This document shows, one piece after another, positions 35,560 to 37,857 of a stretch of 37,857 nucleotides of DNA (position 1 is its first letter; every line of letters begins with the position of its first letter). A model generated the notes under the pieces. The model did not search any database. It was not told the DNA's origin and saw only the letters and a program-made list of their open reading frames with translations. The position numbers were made by a program, and so were the translations under genes. The DNA is from Nitrospinaceae bacterium (lineage in GTDB: Bacteria; Nitrospinota; Nitrospinia; Nitrospinales; VA-1): assembly GCA_029261635.1 (NCBI GenBank), contig JAJDAW010000070.1:1-37857 (forward strand), given 5' to 3'.

Positions 35560-36971
35560 GCCATCTCTTTAATTTTTGGGGACAATCTGTTTCGTGAAAG
35601 GCTTATCAACTCAAAAAGTTCTTTGGCGTCATCAGGATAAACCGATTGACCCCATTGTATGCTTGCTTGCATAGCCACCCCATTGACATGTAGAGGGTTG
35701 TATTCGAATAACTGCTTCAACTTGAATTGCAGTTGCTCCACTTCCTTTTGTTTGCGGTTCATTAACATGAGCGCGAACGTATTTTCTGATAACCGGAAAA
35801 CAAATTTCGGCGAGGGAATTACTTTTGCGAACAGGGCTATCATTTGTTTCAAGTAGGCATCACCTTGATCAACACCGTAAGCTTGGTAAAGATCGCCAAG
35901 ATTGGTGAGCTGCACCGACAAAAAATAAACCGGTTGATTGGATTTGAAAAGCTCTTCCGACACTGCAAGTTTGTATTCTGTCAAAAACCTATGGTTAGGA
36001 ACACCGGTGACCGGGTCAAGATTTTTATCATAGACCCAGCGATCTTTGGTATCTGCGCAAAATAATGCCGAAGCGGCTGCGGAAACAATAAGAGAAAGCT
36101 TGTCCATGTCAGCATGACTCAGCCCTTCTGGCAACGCAGACCCAACTAATAAAACTCCATATAATGTTTCATTGAGTTGTATGGGTAACGTAACAGCGGA
36201 TGACAGGTCTTCGGTTTTTTCTTCTTCAGAAAACAGGATGGTTTTTCGTTCTGAATTGAAACGTAATAATAAGGGGGATCGGTTTTTTGCGCAGGAACCT
36301 ACCAGGCCTTTTCCAAAATGCACGATAGTTTCAGACAAGTCATGGGTAAACCCGCTATGGCCGATGATACGGCCTTCTTTTTGATTCTCTTCAAACCAGA
36401 TTACAGCAATAGATTTAAAGGAAATAATTTCTTCAGGTATTTGCGTTAACCGGTCTGCCACAGAGGAACGGTTTGGAGATTCTGCCAGAAACCTGCAATA
36501 GGAATTTAGCTCCTGCAAATTGGGCATATCATTTAATATTGTTCCGTGTTTTTCCTGATGCAAATGCCATGCAATTTGTTCAGCGAAGTTTGACAGGATT
36601 TTCTGTAATTTAATGGATATTTGATAGCTTTCCTTGGTATCAATTATGAGCACACCGAGTAAATCTTCGGCGATAACGGGGACAGCTAGAAACCCTTTTA
36701 GATTCTCTGGTTTTTTATAAATTCCGCCGATGTCGGAATCTATGTTTTCTATCAATTGTGGTTTTAAGGTTTGTGCGGCAAGGCCTATCGGGCCTTCGCC
36801 AATTTTTATAACAATATTCCGGTTCAGGTGACGGCTAAGAGTGAAATGCTCTCGCATCACCAGCTTGTCTTTTGTTAAACCAAAGAGGGCCGTGGTGTGG
36901 GCATCTGCCACGTTTCCTATTAAATCAATAAGATGTGAAAGGAGATTTGATGGAATCATATGAGGTATCAC
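35556..36971 (-). CDS. GAF-GAF protein with degenerate GGDEF domain
   Basis: GEGPIG...AVPV...LGVL and GKGLVG...LPI...YGVL GAF repeats; DPVTGVPN, YG...GD; RLSENTF replaces RxGGDEF. Confidence 0.85.
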   Translation of the reverse strand: MIPHMIPSNLLSHLIDLIGNVADAHTTALFGLTKDKLVMREHFTLSRHLNRNIVIKIGEGPIGLAAQTLKPQLIENIDSDIGGIYKKPENLKGFLAVPVIAEDLLGVLIIDTKESYQISIKLQKILSNFAEQIAWHLHQEKHGTILNDMPNLQELNSYCRFLAESPNRSSVADRLTQIPEEIISFKSIAVIWFEENQKEGRIIGHSGFTHDLSETIVHFGKGLVGSCAKNRSPLLLRFNSERKTILFSEEEKTEDLSSAVTLPIQLNETLYGVLLVGSALPEGLSHADMDKLSLIVSAAASALFCADTKDRWVYDKNLDPVTGVPNHRFLTEYKLAVSEELFKSNQPVYFLSVQLTNLGDLYQAYGVDQGDAYLKQMIALFAKVIPSPKFVFRLSENTFALMLMNRKQKEVEQLQFKLKQLFEYNPLHVNGVAMQASIQWGQSVYPDDAKELFELISLSRNRLSPKIKEMA

Positions 36972-37414
36972 TTGCCTCTTTTTCTTAGCATGTCTTTATA
37001 ACTTTTTACTGCGTCTTGAGTGACCGCCATGGCAGCGACCTCAAATTCAGGAATCGTTCCCGGTTTAGTTTCTGTAACTCTTACCGCCTGACAATCAATA
37101 ATTTTTTTCTCTCCGGTAGAGGGAATCCGAAAAGAAACTTTCAAGAGATCGCCGTCTATAACCGTTCCTTTTATAGTAAATACGAGGCCATTGACGGACA
37201 TTTCCTTAATTAAAATTTTATGTAATTTGTAAAAAAATTCCTTTTCTCTTTCGATTTCTACTTGACCGACAATTTTAACTTTTGCTCTCTGGCCTTGGCG
37301 CTTTCCCAGATCTTTGTCGAATTTCTCTTTGATCAATTGATCTAGATCTTTTCGAACCTTAATTAATTCATCAGTTGACAGGCTCTCCAGAGAGGCCATG
37401 ATTTTTTCTGTCAT
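36968..37414 (-). CDS. PilZ-domain protein
   Basis: RQGQR followed by EMSVNG (variant of D/NxSxxG) and beta-strand-rich sequence. Confidence 0.7.
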   Translation of the reverse strand: MTEKIMASLESLSTDELIKVRKDLDQLIKEKFDKDLGKRQGQRAKVKIVGQVEIEREKEFFYKLHKILIKEMSVNGLVFTIKGTVIDGDLLKVSFRIPSTGEKKIIDCQAVRVTETKPGTIPEFEVAAMAVTQDAVKSYKDMLRKRGK

Positions 37415-37505
37415 GGTAGGAAAAACTGGGATCGTTCAGAAACAAAATAGGAAAACAAAAAAATTGCAGAAAAGCGGGAAAACCCTTTCCCGACCTTAGA
37501 AAAGT

Positions 37506-37534
37506 ATCTTATAGTGTAAGTCCCAAACTGTCAA
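37506..37534 (-). promoter_or_regulatory. Sigma70 promoter of the PilZ-GAF-mreB operon
   Basis: TTGACA-17 nt-TAAGAT on the minus strand. Confidence 0.65.
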
Positions 37535-37626
37535 TTGTTTACCGCATTTTTGAGGGTATAAACGAAAAGGTTTTTTATGGTTTGACCGTGGAATGAAAAA
37601 CAGATTTGTCATTATTGGGAAATCGC

Positions 37627-37656
37627 TTGACAGAATGCCATCGGCATTTATATACT
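37627..37656 (+). promoter_or_regulatory. Sigma70 promoter of the tRNA pair
   Basis: TTGACA-18 nt-TATACT; the spacer contains the palindrome AATGCC-atc-GGCATT. Confidence 0.7.
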
Positions 37657-37690
37657 CCCAGACTTCTTCTGAAGATGCCCATAATCGCTT

Positions 37691-37766
37691 GGGCGGGTAG
37701 CTCAGTTGGGAGAGCACCGGCCTTACAAGCCGGGGGTCACAGGTTCGAGCCCTGTTCCGCCTACCA
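37691..37766 (+). tRNA. trnV: tRNA-Val(TAC)
   Basis: Cloverleaf; anticodon arm CCGGC-CT-TAC-AA-GCCGG; GGTTCGAG; encoded CCA. Confidence 0.98.
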
Positions 37767-37780
37767 CATATAAAGATTGC

Positions 37781-37857
<77 letters not shown>

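Overview
Bacterial chromosomal window with mostly housekeeping genes: purH, nadK, tatA, dapF-dapA-dapB, an HpnN-like MMPL transporter, mreB, and tRNA-Val and tRNA-Asp at the right edge. Small AT-rich accessory inserts and many short palindromic intergenic repeats lie between them. The gene content is reminiscent of Nitrospinota, which is an inference and was not verified. No CRISPR array, transposase, integrase or rRNA was seen. The most notable observations are five. (1) A YafY/WYL regulator is divergent from VOC-VOC-tag; its palindromic operator overlaps its own -35 and also sits in the PafBC-like TGTCRG-N10-(-10) activating position. (2) An AT-rich ATPase-TOPRIM (OLD/AAA_15-like) gene is split by a single -1 frameshift, with an A_AAT_TTT slippery heptamer at the 5' edge of the overlap and a poly-G12 tract upstream. 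(3) A Tat-exported MsrP-like molybdoenzyme with a CxxC at its Mo ligand and no MsrQ is clustered with an FGE-fold lipoprotein, an FGE-CcdA fusion and a TlpA thioredoxin. (4) A translationally coupled PilZ / GAF-GAF-degenerate GGDEF / MreB operon lacks mreCD. (5) Two tandem repeats of about 93-94 bp share a terminal hairpin motif, with a compensatory change in one of them. All product calls come from motif recognition by eye; no searches were run.
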